Assembly (NCBI RefSeq): GCF_021028975.2
Contig: NC_059435.1
Coordinates: 24,986,001-25,050,000 of the forward strand
DNA length: 64,000 bases
Direction of reading: 5' to 3'
Source: Sphaerodactylus townsendi
Lineage: Eukaryota
The notes under the pieces are model-generated. The model worked only from the letters and a program-made list of their open reading frames with translations, ran no database searches and was not told the DNA's origin. This document shows positions 53,076-64,000 of the stretch, in pieces. A program made the position numbers and the translations under genes. How positions within the stretch are numbered: the first letter of the stretch is position 1; every line of letters starts with the position of its first letter.

Positions 53076-53969
53076 AAAGCCTGGTGCATGGACCAGCCAG
53101 AAAAAAAATGTCACATCAGGAGTCTTTCTTTGTGTTCTCTTTCCACTTATTTGGCCATTGTGTGTTTCCTGAGAGCTGGTGGCATCCAGAAATGAAAGAC
53201 ACTATAATTATTTTCAACCTCATGTTTCGTCACTACCTGCAGCTTTTCCAGAGGCTGCAAAGTCTTCTGTAGTAACCAGGTTGTGTATTTCATTATCCAT
53301 CCATCATTCAAAGCAAAAAGGCTTCCTTGAAGAATTATGACACTCAGTTCTCACTATAACGTTATATATTGTGATAGAGTTTTTTTTCTGCACCCTGATG
53401 AAAAAAGAGATCAGTCATCCAAGGCCTGGAAGGTAATTACGGATGAGTGATGCCTGTTGTTCTGCTATGCTAACGATACACTGTAGTAGAATCTGCAGTA
53501 GTATCTTACAGCTACCGCTCAGTGGTGCTTATCAGCAGTGTAGCTCACCCATCAAAAAGTACTTAGAGGGGGGGAAAATCTTCCTTAGTGAGAGAAGGCA
53601 ATATCAAAACAGGAATGAATCTTATTGATTCAATCTCTACCACTCATAATATACTCTAAATATATTATTTATGCTTCAATTTGAGATGAGAGCATTACAA
53701 AGAGCGACATTTCACCTAGCACATTAAAGTAGAATTAGAGGCCTGGAAAAAAAACCGTCTGCAATATATGTAACCTTGTAAATGTAGCCCTCTGCTGGAT
53801 CCTTTTTATCCACGAGGAATTGTGGTTGAGAAACAAAAGAACATAAGGTGAAAGAGATCAGAGATGTGTTTTCTTATTGGGAAAAAAATATTCAAAACAG
53901 GTGGCTTTGGTCACCCGAAGTAACCACAGAATAAATGTGATAGAGGCAAAATTAATTTTCCTCCATCAC

Positions 53970-54470
53970 ACAGAATCATAGAGTTGGAAGAGACCGCAAG
54001 GGTCATCTAGTCCAACCTCCTGCGACGCAGTTACACACCATCAAAGCACTCCCTACTGATGGCCATTCAGTTTCTGTTTAAAAACCTCCAAAACACCACC
54101 CTTCGAGGCAGCATATTGCATGGTTGAATAGCCCTTACCATCAGGAAGTTCTTCCTAATGTTTAGGTAGTATCTTTTTTGCCCCTCATAGCTTGAATCCA
54201 TTTCTCTGTGTCCTAGTCTCTGGAGCAGCAGAAAACAAGCTTGTGCCATCATCAATATGACATTCCTTAAAATATTTAAACATGGCTATCCTGTTTTGAT
54301 TGCTCTCCCCTGAACACTCTCCAGCTTGTCAATATCGTTCTTGAATGTTGGTGCCCAGAACTGTACACAGCACTCCAGGTGAGATTTGTCCAACTCAGAA
54401 TAGAGTGGTACTATTACTTCCCTTGGCCTAGACACTATATTCCTACTGATTAAGCCCAGAATTGCATCAG
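53970..54470 (-). mobile_element. CR1 LINE 3' fragment
   Basis: agaatcatagagttggaagagacc..tctagtccaacc tail; the minus ORF reads YYLNIRKNFLMVRAIQPCNMLPRRVV, the CR1 ORF2 C-terminus. Confidence 0.88.
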
Positions 54471-55613
54471 TGACCTGAGCTCTGAATACATCATCTTATG
54501 GAAGGTGTATGCAGCTCTTCTCTTCATGCAAGATCCACAAAGGTCCATTCAAGAAGTCATCATTCATGCTTCTTCCACTGTCAGGCTGGAGAAATATCTG
54601 AAGCCAATCTCAGCTGCAGGCCTCACAGCACCTCAGGCTGCCCATAGGCCAGTCATAGAATAGCTGATGAAGCTCACACATAATTGCTAGCCTGCAGCCA
54701 CAGAGGCTGATATAGTAACTGGGACAGTGAAGTGTATCAGGCATTCTTCAATGGTTTTCATCTTTTTGATATCATTTATTTATATCGGATGCCTATTTAT
54801 CTTGTTTGCTCCCTTGGCTAGCTTTTCCACTTAAACACCACAACATATTTCTCTGAATTTCTGCTTTATAACAAATCTTAGTGGATTCTGGTACTTTTTG
54901 AAAAGCAAATGATGTGTGTTTGCCTCCATGCGCAAACACATGTTGTGTAATAACAACGATATATGCAGCAAAGCCTACCTCACGGTGCTCTTAAAATCTC
55001 CATCAGATTCAGTGAAGATTAGATTCACCTCATGGACAATCAGCCTAGCCATAGCTTTCCACATGGGTGCAATGAGGCATATATTAGAACCACTAGCCAT
55101 AGTGGGTGTTTCGGCACATGGGCAGTTCATGTCCCAGGCGCAGTTTCCCCTCCCTTCGTCACTGGGTTGGATCCAATCAACTTCTTTGCTGGTACAGAAA
55201 GCCACGGCCCCACCAGCTGCTGTGGCTCATCTCCACTTGATCTCCATTGGTGGTAGCCAGGGCACCCTGCCACACACTCCCCCTCCCCCCACTCAACCGG
55301 AACTGGTTGTTAAATTATTTGAATCCCACCACTGGCTACATCATCTGGCAGTGAGTTTCATGCCAACCAATTTTATCAGTAAATACATCCAACAATAATT
55401 TCTATTGGTCTCAGTGAGAAGCACATTTCTCTCTTCCTATTGTCAGGGATAACTTTCTCACTCAGATGATACTCCCCAATTCCAGACAAATAAGAGAAAG
55501 CATCCTTCCTTCTGTGGCAAGTATAATTTGTACTAGCAGAGTAGGCTCAGGGAGGCATGAATTCCACTCCTTCCCCAGGAATCTCTAGTTGGGGTAGCCG
55601 CCTGGATATGTAG

Positions 55614-55750
55614 NNNNNNNNNNNNNNNNNNNNNNNNNNNNNNNNNNNNNNNNNNNNNNNNNNNNNNNNNNNNNNNNNNNNNNNNNNNNNNNNNNNNNNN
55701 NNNNNNNNNNNNNNNNNNNNNNNNNNNNNNNNNNNNNNNNNNNNNNNNNN
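55614..55750. other. Assembly gap
   Basis: Run of N. Confidence 1.
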
Positions 55751-58158
55751 CCCCCGAAGGGCTCAGAGATAGAGACATTAGATAGTAGATATTGATATAA
55801 ATTAGCATGGCTGAACTAAAGAGGCAAAGTAGTTCTTTTTTTGTTTTCTAACATTTTGCCCCTCTATGCACACCTGCAGAACCTCCAGCTTATGAATGCT
55901 TGTCTTTACCCATATTAGAAGTAACTGAAGTATCCATGGCGATGTCTGGCTTCGGCAATAACTCAGCAGGGTATTACAAGTCTCCCACACATCAAGGGCA
56001 CTTGGGGAACATAAACTATTCAGAAAGGCCATATATTAGATTCTTCCTCCTCCAGGGTAAGAGATAGAGACATTAGTCATAACACCAGTTCATTTTTATG
56101 TGACCATGTAGCAGAGAAAGTTCATATACCACTTTGCTGGAATGTTGCCCTAGGTTTCAATAGGATGGCAAAATCTTCATACCCAGGAGCCTCTTGGTCA
56201 CCATTTTCTGGTCATGGGATGTATGAAATTGCCTGAAAGGGGCTTCACCTATTATCCTATGTAAAAGTCTGGCTAAGAGTGATGTAATCAGTGATGTATT
56301 TGTGATTGACATATGCATGTGTGCCTATCTGTATGCCTATTTAACCTCTGAACACTGACTGTAACTTTGCTTCTACCTTTAGTCAGTTGCCTATTTTGGC
56401 TACAGCTCAAAATGAAAGGTGTTTTTTTAACTCTTACTCCTGGTGTCGGATTGATTGGGTTTTGCATGGTGCCAGGTCCCCAAGCCTTGGCCACTGAAAC
56501 GTGGTAAAACATAGTGCAGGGAACCTTTGTAATAGAGCATGTCAGAAATGAAAGCTATTACCTTACTTTTTTGCACCTTATGTTGCTATGCTCCATTATT
56601 TTTAGGCCTCGATGAATGACACATTCTAATTGCCATGATTTGAGGGGAACAGGGTTAGCTCCCCTTGACCACACACTTGTTGTTGTTTTTAAGTAGCCTC
56701 CTCTGCCTTACCTGTATATGGCTGCATCCATGCATGGTCCTCCCCCAACCTCCATAAACACACCAGTGACTACAGTGTAAAAATAACAATGATGTTCTGT
56801 GGAGTCTGAATATGGACTGTTTTGATCAGATAAGCTCCCCGGCAGACATATATCTACTGAGCTAATAATCATTCCCTTATTGCTCTTCCACTTCTACTGC
56901 AAAAGTAACTGCAACCAAACAGCAAAGTATTAGGATAAACAATCAGATTAGATTTCAATGGCCAATAATGAAGGAGAATACTTCCTTCGTTTCTATCTCA
57001 TCTTTCCACAAGTATGCTCAGGAAAGCTAAACAAAACAAAATTATACCAATTAATAACATGTCAACTTCCAGAAGACTGAGAATAGGCTTCTCCCTCTGG
57101 TGAGGGCAACAGAGTGCTTCAGTTGCCACCCAAGGTAAAGAAAATGGGAAGTAGTCCTTGGTTCCTTTCCCCTGTTTTAGACTTCAACATTACGGAGACA
57201 GTTTGTGGCACCTCCCCCTGCACTGGATGTGGGTCTACCTAAGCAGGGATAACAGACATTTGCTGTCTTTCAGAACATCTTTTTTTAAAACAAGGAAAGC
57301 AGGCATGCTTTATTTACCCCCACATAAACTTGGTGAAGTGTACTGTTCACCTGTAGGAAGACTCTACCAGCCCATCAGGATTCATTAAGCTCCTGCAAGT
57401 TCACGAAAAACAAGAGAGACGTGTTTGCATCTAGTGGCAAACCTTGTCTGGGATCCTGGGGAGGAGATGAGTTTATAAATGGAGAGAAAGGTGGGGCAAC
57501 CCACTGAGCGGATGTTCAAAGGGGGTGTCTTTCCTGCTGTCTTTTCTCTTTCAGGCAGGCAGAGGAGAAGCTGAGTTGCTGCCGGTGACTGTAATTTCAG
57601 AAGCACTTGTTGCAATTACTGGCGTGTGCCTTCTGCACACTCAGGGCTCCTTTCATGGTTCATTCCACTGGCAAAACAACTGCAGTGCTTTCCAAAAAAG
57701 TTAGATTCACCGAGGAAAGACTCTTCAGGCATTTATGTGACAAGCACAATTTCTGTCCTGATAGGTCAAGAATTGGATGCAGTAGAAAACAAAATCATTT
57801 CAGCTACGAAGTGGGCACAATCGATGAGTTCAGCCAGATCACAAAGATTTCAGTACATTTTAAAAGTCAGCTCAGGTGCATGTGGTCCCAGGCCATATTG
57901 TGGAGAAGGGTTTAATTGTTCCAGTGGTGGTTGGGGTTGCATCAGAGGAACCATTCCCCTTGTGCTCCTGTTAGCCCTAAAGGAGAAAAATGGGCCCCTT
58001 TTGTCAGCTAACAGTATGGTGTGGTGAGCTTTGACCAGCAAAACTGCATGGGAATAGAAAGGGTATATAGAACTACTGACTGTCTTCTCTCTAATACTGT
58101 CTTCTGTAACCCATGTCAAGTTTAATCAGCTTGACAGCTGATTTGCTTGTAATCCACC

Positions 58159-58397
58159 NNNNNNNNNNNNNNNNNNNNNNNNNNNNNNNNNNNNNNNNNN
58201 NNNNNNNNNNNNNNNNNNNNNNNNNNNNNNNNNNNNNNNNNNNNNNNNNNNNNNNNNNNNNNNNNNNNNNNNNNNNNNNNNNNNNNNNNNNNNNNNNNNN
58301 NNNNNNNNNNNNNNNNNNNNNNNNNNNNNNNNNNNNNNNNNNNNNNNNNNNNNNNNNNNNNNNNNNNNNNNNNNNNNNNNNNNNNNNNNNNNNNNNN
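58159..58397. other. Assembly gap
   Basis: Run of N. Confidence 1.
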
Positions 58398-58480
58398 TAA
58401 TATACCGCCCTATCCCCGAAGGGCTCAGGGTGGTGAACAATATAAATATAATATATAAAACTTTCTTTCTTTATAAAGTA

Positions 58481-59184
58481 CTAGCAGGCCCAGCCACGTG
58501 TTGCTTTGGCTCAGTCTGGTGAAGTGGAAAAGAAAGAAAAGGGGAAGCGAACGGTTCAAACATGTGTCATTGCACAATGATTGCAAGGGAGGGGAGGGGC
58601 AAGGGGCCCCTCACTCCCCTCCCTCTCTCCCATTCCCTTGCATGGCACCCCGCCCCGTCCCTCCCTAACGTTCCCCTTCCTCTATTAGGGTGGGTGGGCC
58701 ATGTCCAGGTGGCGGACCCTGTCTCTTTCACTCCCTTCCCTTGCAGGCGAATTACCTAGCTTAAAACATGCTGGGAGACATGAGCTACGTTGTGTTCAAA
58801 TTTCAGTGCGTTTGGTCCAGCAAACCCCTGGACCCTCCCTCACCTTCCCCTTCCTCCGCTAGGGTGGGTGGGCCATGTCCAGATGGCGGGCCCCATCTTT
58901 TTCACTCCAGATGGCAGCAGTTTTCAAGGAAGGCATGGTTGTTTCCCTTGTATCAGAGGGTGTTGTTGCGGAACAGAACTGTGGTTCCAACTGTCACAGG
59001 TGTGGCATGTACACAATAACTGGCACAGTTGTGACATGTACACAACAGGAGGTGTGGAAACAGTATGGAAACCTGGCCGCATGCAAATATGACGTTGTGT
59101 GAAAATTTCAAAGCAATCGGTCCAGTAGTTTGGGAGATTACCTGTCAGCAGAAAAACACACTGATAGATTTTTATATATATAGA
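58481..59184 (-). mobile_element. Non-autonomous Helitron
   Basis: The minus strand starts A^TCtatatatata and ends with a short hairpin (agcca..tggct) then CTAG^T. No TSD, AT insertion site, internal ~50-bp direct repeat at ~58685 and ~58860. Confidence 0.8.
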
Positions 59185-59487
59185 TTTTTGATTTTCTCCC
59201 TCTCTCCATACATTCACACATAAAGATATCTCACAAGCATGGTGTGGCAGAACAGACTTGCTTTGCCTGGCAGGCCCTATTCCGCTCTAAAGCCTCTCCC
59301 AGGGGTTGCCAACTTTTCCTGGAGAGAGCTAGCTTTCTCTCTGGGTAAACCACTGCCACCACCTGACAGTTTGAGGAACTGCCCGCTGGGGAAGGTCAGC
59401 GTTCCCCAACTTCCTTTCCAACAGTGAGGCTTAGCCTTAGTTTCCCTTGGTTCCCCTCTCCTGGGTTCCACAGGGCATATTGGAGGA

Positions 59488-59578
59488 CATAAGAACTAGC
59501 CTGCTGGATCAGACCAGAGTCCATTAGTCCAGCACTCTGCTGCTCGCAGTGGCCCACCAGGTGCCTTTGGGAGCTCTA
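59488..59578 (-). mobile_element. CR1 3' end (second family)
   Basis: acataagaactagcctgctggatcagacc..tagtccagca, a reversed CR1-type terminus. Confidence 0.65.
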
Positions 59579-59724
59579 AGGGTAACTAGGTAGGGCTGGC
59601 AGTCTACACAGAGAAAATCTTTTAAAAACCACTTAAAATGTTCCCTTTGAACCTCGAAGTGGGACGGGGGCCAGGGGGGGAGCCCTTTCTTCACAGATAC
59701 CACCAAGGAAGTCCAGGGTTGCTA

Positions 59725-59830
59725 AGCAGAGGTAGGCAATGGCAAACCACCTCTGAATGTCTCTTGCCTTGAAAACCCTACAGGGTCACTATATGTAGGC
59801 TGCAACTTGATGGCCTTTTTTGCCACCACC
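59725..59830 (+). mobile_element. RTE/BovB-related SINE tail
   Basis: ggcaatggcaaaccacctctg..tcttgccttgaaaaccc..caacttgatggc. Confidence 0.6.
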
Positions 59831-59962
59831 ATATTCAGTTGTGGTTATCATACAGATGTTTCCAGTTCCTCACCCCTGAGTTGGATTATTTTACATGGTA
59901 GTGGGGTAAGTTACTAAGTTTAGGACTGTGCATGAATATATCTTTGTTCCAGATATGATTGA

Positions 59963-60053
59963 TAATTCCCATCAGCCCAATTGGCCATTCTGGCAGGGGC
60001 TGATGGGAATTGTAGTCCATAACATCTGGAGTGCCAAAGGTTTGCCACTACTG
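59963..60053. mobile_element. Truncated copy of the 14574-14706 hAT MITE
   Basis: ggggctgatgggaattgtagtccataacatctggagtgccaaaggtttgcca is identical to 14649-14700. Confidence 0.85.
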
Positions 60054-61496
60054 GTTTAGGACATCAGATTATGAGGGGGCCTTGAACTGCAGGAAAAAAA
60101 ATGCTGTCAGAAGAATGATACACTTTTTGGGTAATGCTATGGGGCCTCCTACATTTGACATGAATTAGGGCCACAGCATGTCTGAATCTAGCCTTCCACC
60201 CAGAACCCTGTTAAAACTGTTCAGGTCTACTGAAATGAATCAGACTAAATTAGTTTAAATTGGACTTGCATTTTAACGTAGCGGCATTGGCCTTGCCTTC
60301 AGGCTGCAGCTGTACCACAAGTGCTTTCATTAATTATACACAATCCCACAAATGCTGCCAGGTCCCAGAGCCTCCTTTTCCCTGAGTCTAGATGCAGGAG
60401 CCTCTTTTCATGAGCTCAGCAGAAATGTATTTATCTACTTAAAATGTCTTGTAGCACTGAATGGGTTCCTGCTCTTGTTTCTTTTGCTTCTCTTGCCTTT
60501 GGCTTGAGGAAGTCAGTGGGTAATCCTGGTCCACTGTTCCAGAATACCAAGACACAGCTGGCATGGGATGCTAACAATGAATAAGGTTTCAAGAAAAATA
60601 TAGATCTTTTGCTGTTGCTTTATGACAAAATTTTAAAAAACCCTCACACAATAGCAGATGTGTTCAGTATATGAATTTTTTTTTTCAGTATATGAAAAAT
60701 TGTAAGGCTCTGGGACTGTCATCAAGGGAAATTTATTCCATGTTCTTTGGAGTCGCATTAATCTTTGGGTCTCAGCCAACCCATTTTCCTCTTGAAAATT
60801 CTCCGGGTCATTTTTAACAGCAGCTTCGTGCATTACAGATATGAAGCCACATCTATTAGTTCAGTTGAGTCAAACAGCCTCCTGTGAGTCTCTGCTGCCA
60901 TTCTCCATCCAGAGAAATCCAAGTGTAATATGATCTCGGCTCCAGCTCTGCCTTCCCCCAGGAATAAACGAACCATTAATTAATGATCTCACCACAAAAA
61001 GGCAAGAAACTCCAAGTCATTCTTGAACTCTGATCTATCCGATCATCACAATGGGGATGGCATTAATGCAAGCACTGCATCTGTATCTTCTGTGTGAGAC
61101 TGGGTCACCTTCTCAGATGGGCAACCCCATCCACAGGCTGGGCACCTGGTCGCAGTGCTGCATCTGTGCCACCCTGCTGCTCCCAAAGGAGTCTCCTGGT
61201 GGAAAAGCCTTCCCATCTCCAAGAAGCCCTAATGGGCTGCATGGACCACAGTTATGCCAGTCAAAAGGTTAGCCAAAGTACAGCCTGGGCCTGCTGGAAC
61301 AACACTGGCAAAGGCCAAAAAGGAGCCAACTGAGGCAGTGGTGGCAGAGGTGTCGGGATGCTGTTGCAGCGTCCTGGGCCACGTCCCACACCAGGGGAGG
61401 GCGGAGACAGCTGCATGGTGGCAGCTTCACCCCTCCTCTGGCATAAGTGTCCTACAGAGGGTGAATTTGCTGGTGTAGCCTACCCACCACTTCCAT

Positions 61497-61727
61497 CAGT
61501 GGCTTAGGAGGTTAAGAGCTCGTGTATCTAATCTGGAGGAACCGGGTTTGATTCCCAGCTCTGCCGCCTGAGCTGTGGAGGCTTATCTGGGGAATTCAGA
61601 TTAGCCTGTACACTCCCACACATGCCAGCTGGGTGACCTTGGGCTAGTCACAGCTTTTCGGAGCTCTCTCAGCCCCACCTACCTCACAGGGTGTTTGTTG
61701 TGAGGGGAGAAGGGCAAGGAGATTGTA
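61497..61727 (+). mobile_element. tRNA-derived squamate SINE (well preserved; runs into gap)
   Basis: gtggcttaggaggttaagagc (A box), gggtttgattccc (B box), intact core. Confidence 0.9.
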
Positions 61728-61866
61728 NNNNNNNNNNNNNNNNNNNNNNNNNNNNNNNNNNNNNNNNNNNNNNNNNNNNNNNNNNNNNNNNNNNNNNNNN
61801 NNNNNNNNNNNNNNNNNNNNNNNNNNNNNNNNNNNNNNNNNNNNNNNNNNNNNNNNNNNNNNNNNN
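61728..61866. other. Assembly gap
   Basis: Run of N. Confidence 1.
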
Positions 61867-61984
61867 TTTAGTGTGATTAAATGAGTCTTAAGACTGGAAT
61901 TTCCTGAAGCTTGCATCCACCTCTGATCAGATTATTTTTAATATGGGCAACCTAAATTCTAGTATGTTTCAGAATTATGAAGAG

Positions 61985-62128
61985 TTCTTCTAATGCAACT
62001 CTCCCTCGGTGGAGGTTTATAAACAGAAACTAGATGGCCATCTGTCAAGGGTGCTTTGATTGTGTGTTCCTGCATGTCAGGGGATTGAACTGAATGGCCC
62101 TCGTGGTCTCTTCCAATTCCATGATTCT
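61985..62128 (+). mobile_element. CR1 LINE 3' end
   Basis: ggaggtttataaacaga..gatggccatctgtc..ctcttccaattccatgattct. Confidence 0.75.
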
Positions 62129-64000
62129 TTTTAGCTAGTTGTCATGTGTGTCCCTCCACACTATAGGGTAACGCAATCTGTAGGATTTCTACAGATCTGT
62201 GGAAAATGAGATATTGACAAAAATATGGATTATTTTTAATGAATGGGAGGTAAAATTCCCACCAAAGGGTCAAATAATATCTTTGAAGGTATATATAAAT
62301 GTGTAAATTGTCCTAAATAGAGTTTGGACACCATAGTCAATTGTTAGTGTTGCCATCCTCCAGGTAGGGACTGGAAATCTTGCAGAATCAGTAATAGACT
62401 CCAGACTATAGAAATCAGTTCCTCTGAAGAAAATGGCTGCTTTGGAAGGGGATTTTATGGCATCTCCAGGAATTTCCCAACCTAGAGCTGTTAATTCTAT
62501 TGGTTGCCAAAGCAACCCAAGATGCCATACAAACATTTGATTACAATGGGCACCAGGAGTAGGCACAAAGGGCCAACTCTAGCTTGCTTTCCCCTTCCTA
62601 TACTTGCTTCTCTCCACACTTTGTTGCACTGATGAACAGACAAGCAGGAGGGGGAAAGGAAGACCTGGCTGGTGTGTATGTAATCAAGAGGAGGGAGGAC
62701 TTGAATGGGAAGACAGGAATGCCAAACAGGTGAAGAACAGATGTGGTGAGGGAACACTTAGGTATAATTCCCATCAACAGCCCTATGATTGTTTACAGAA
62801 CTTTGCTTTTAGGCTTTTAGCGGCTGCTGAAAGGAAGAGGAGAGTCATAGTAGCCCTCAATTGGGTATATTTATCTCCTGAGTTTTCCAGCTAAGGATAG
62901 TATAAGGTACCAGTATATTCCCTGAACATTCCCTGGAAAAATAAATAGGATCTGTGCATGAGTGCTAGTTCCTACAGTAGCATCTTTGTGCAACTTCCAT
63001 TCATTTCAATGAGGCATGCACAAAAGAAGATACTAGTAAATTGTTTCCCTGCTTTTTATGGGCTCATCTGTGTACTAAATGGTTAGATTTAAAGTATTGG
63101 ATAACCATACTGGGCTGATGGATTAAGAAGATGTAAAGATCTATTGTCAGCAACTGTTTAGATCTTTTATGGCACAAATGTAATTACAAGCAAGACAATG
63201 TGCTCTGTGGTACACAGCAGATGGAGAAAAGGTCAGATATCAATTAAGCTGTAGAATGAGGTACGCTGACATCACACGGCCAGAAAGATCAATGAAAATA
63301 AACACTTTTATTTGAAGCTGGAAATGTTTCTCTTTGCAAATAAGATATTGAGTGTCGATTCACAAATCTATTTTACAAGGCAGCTGCCTCACTGGCCCCT
63401 AACTCTCCCCCCCCCTAAGAGCCCAGATCTACCCTGCACCATCAGTTGCTGTTGGGAAGGGAGGGACACAGGAGGAAGAGAATGCAGCTGGCTGGTGGCA
63501 TGGTGTCCTCCATACAAAACTGCTAAATGTCAGGTTGGAGCACTGACAGCCAGCTGCGTCGAAGAGGCAGGGGTGGGGCTGTGGAGCCCACAGGGCTATA
63601 AAAGCAGGCCAACACTGGCTTTGGCCTCACTCCTTCTCAGAATCAATGGCTTGCCCACCCTCTGTCCCTGTTTTCATAGCAGTAGCCATTTGATTTGTTT
63701 GTCTGTTTGATTTTGTTTACTTTCTGGCAGGTTGGGTATCAGAACAGATACTTTTGGGGGAAGGGTCCACTCCCCAATATGAGGGCCACTGGCCAAGTCT
63801 GCCCATTCCATACAGTGTGAGTCTGCCATTAAATCCACCTGCCTCATGTGAAGCAGTTCCAACAGGTAAGGCAACCTGCCTGCCTCACAGGAAGTGAAAG
63901 TTGCTGATTTGCGGCAAGTCTTGCCCACCATGTGTAGAGCCTCACTTCCTGAAGCAAGTCTTGCCTCACTTAGTCATGCTCCCAGGCCCTCTAGGAGAAG

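Noticed and set aside
54975-55205. Possible host exon with a gag|gtaggc donor on the minus strand
   Set aside because: No recognisable protein similarity and no convincing acceptor.
55751-56080. Short repeated agatagagacattag and ccccgaagggctcag next to gaps
   Set aside because: They sit at gap edges, so they are probably repeat tails or assembly artefacts.
28893-61916. ORFs containing long X runs and the many short overlapping ORFs in GC-rich parts
   Set aside because: They result from N gaps or from stop-codon scarcity at high GC.

Overview
Eukaryotic, repeat-rich DNA from a squamate reptile, most likely a gecko judging by its SINE, L2 and CR1 repertoire. There are four assembly gaps and no host protein-coding exon I can recognise. 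The dominant object is a ~15.0 kb GC-rich PIF/Harbinger DNA transposon (34916-49942) with GGCC..TTCCGC termini and a TAG target-site duplication (TSD). It carries a decayed Myb/SANT-like (trihelix) gene on + and a decayed HARBI1-type DDE transposase on -, arranged convergently. It also holds ~6.5 kb beyond the transposase with traces of a possible third, spliced, unidentified gene, four diverged copies of a SINE-plus-flank module, a ~165-172 bp tandem array and very CpG-dense termini. Three short Harbinger MITEs with related termini lie elsewhere in the window. The rest is tRNA- and 5S-derived SINEs, L2 and CR1 fragments, several TSD-verified nested hAT elements, a non-autonomous Helitron and repeat-free AT-rich stretches that might be conserved non-coding elements. 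All calls come from reading the sequence by eye; no searches were run.
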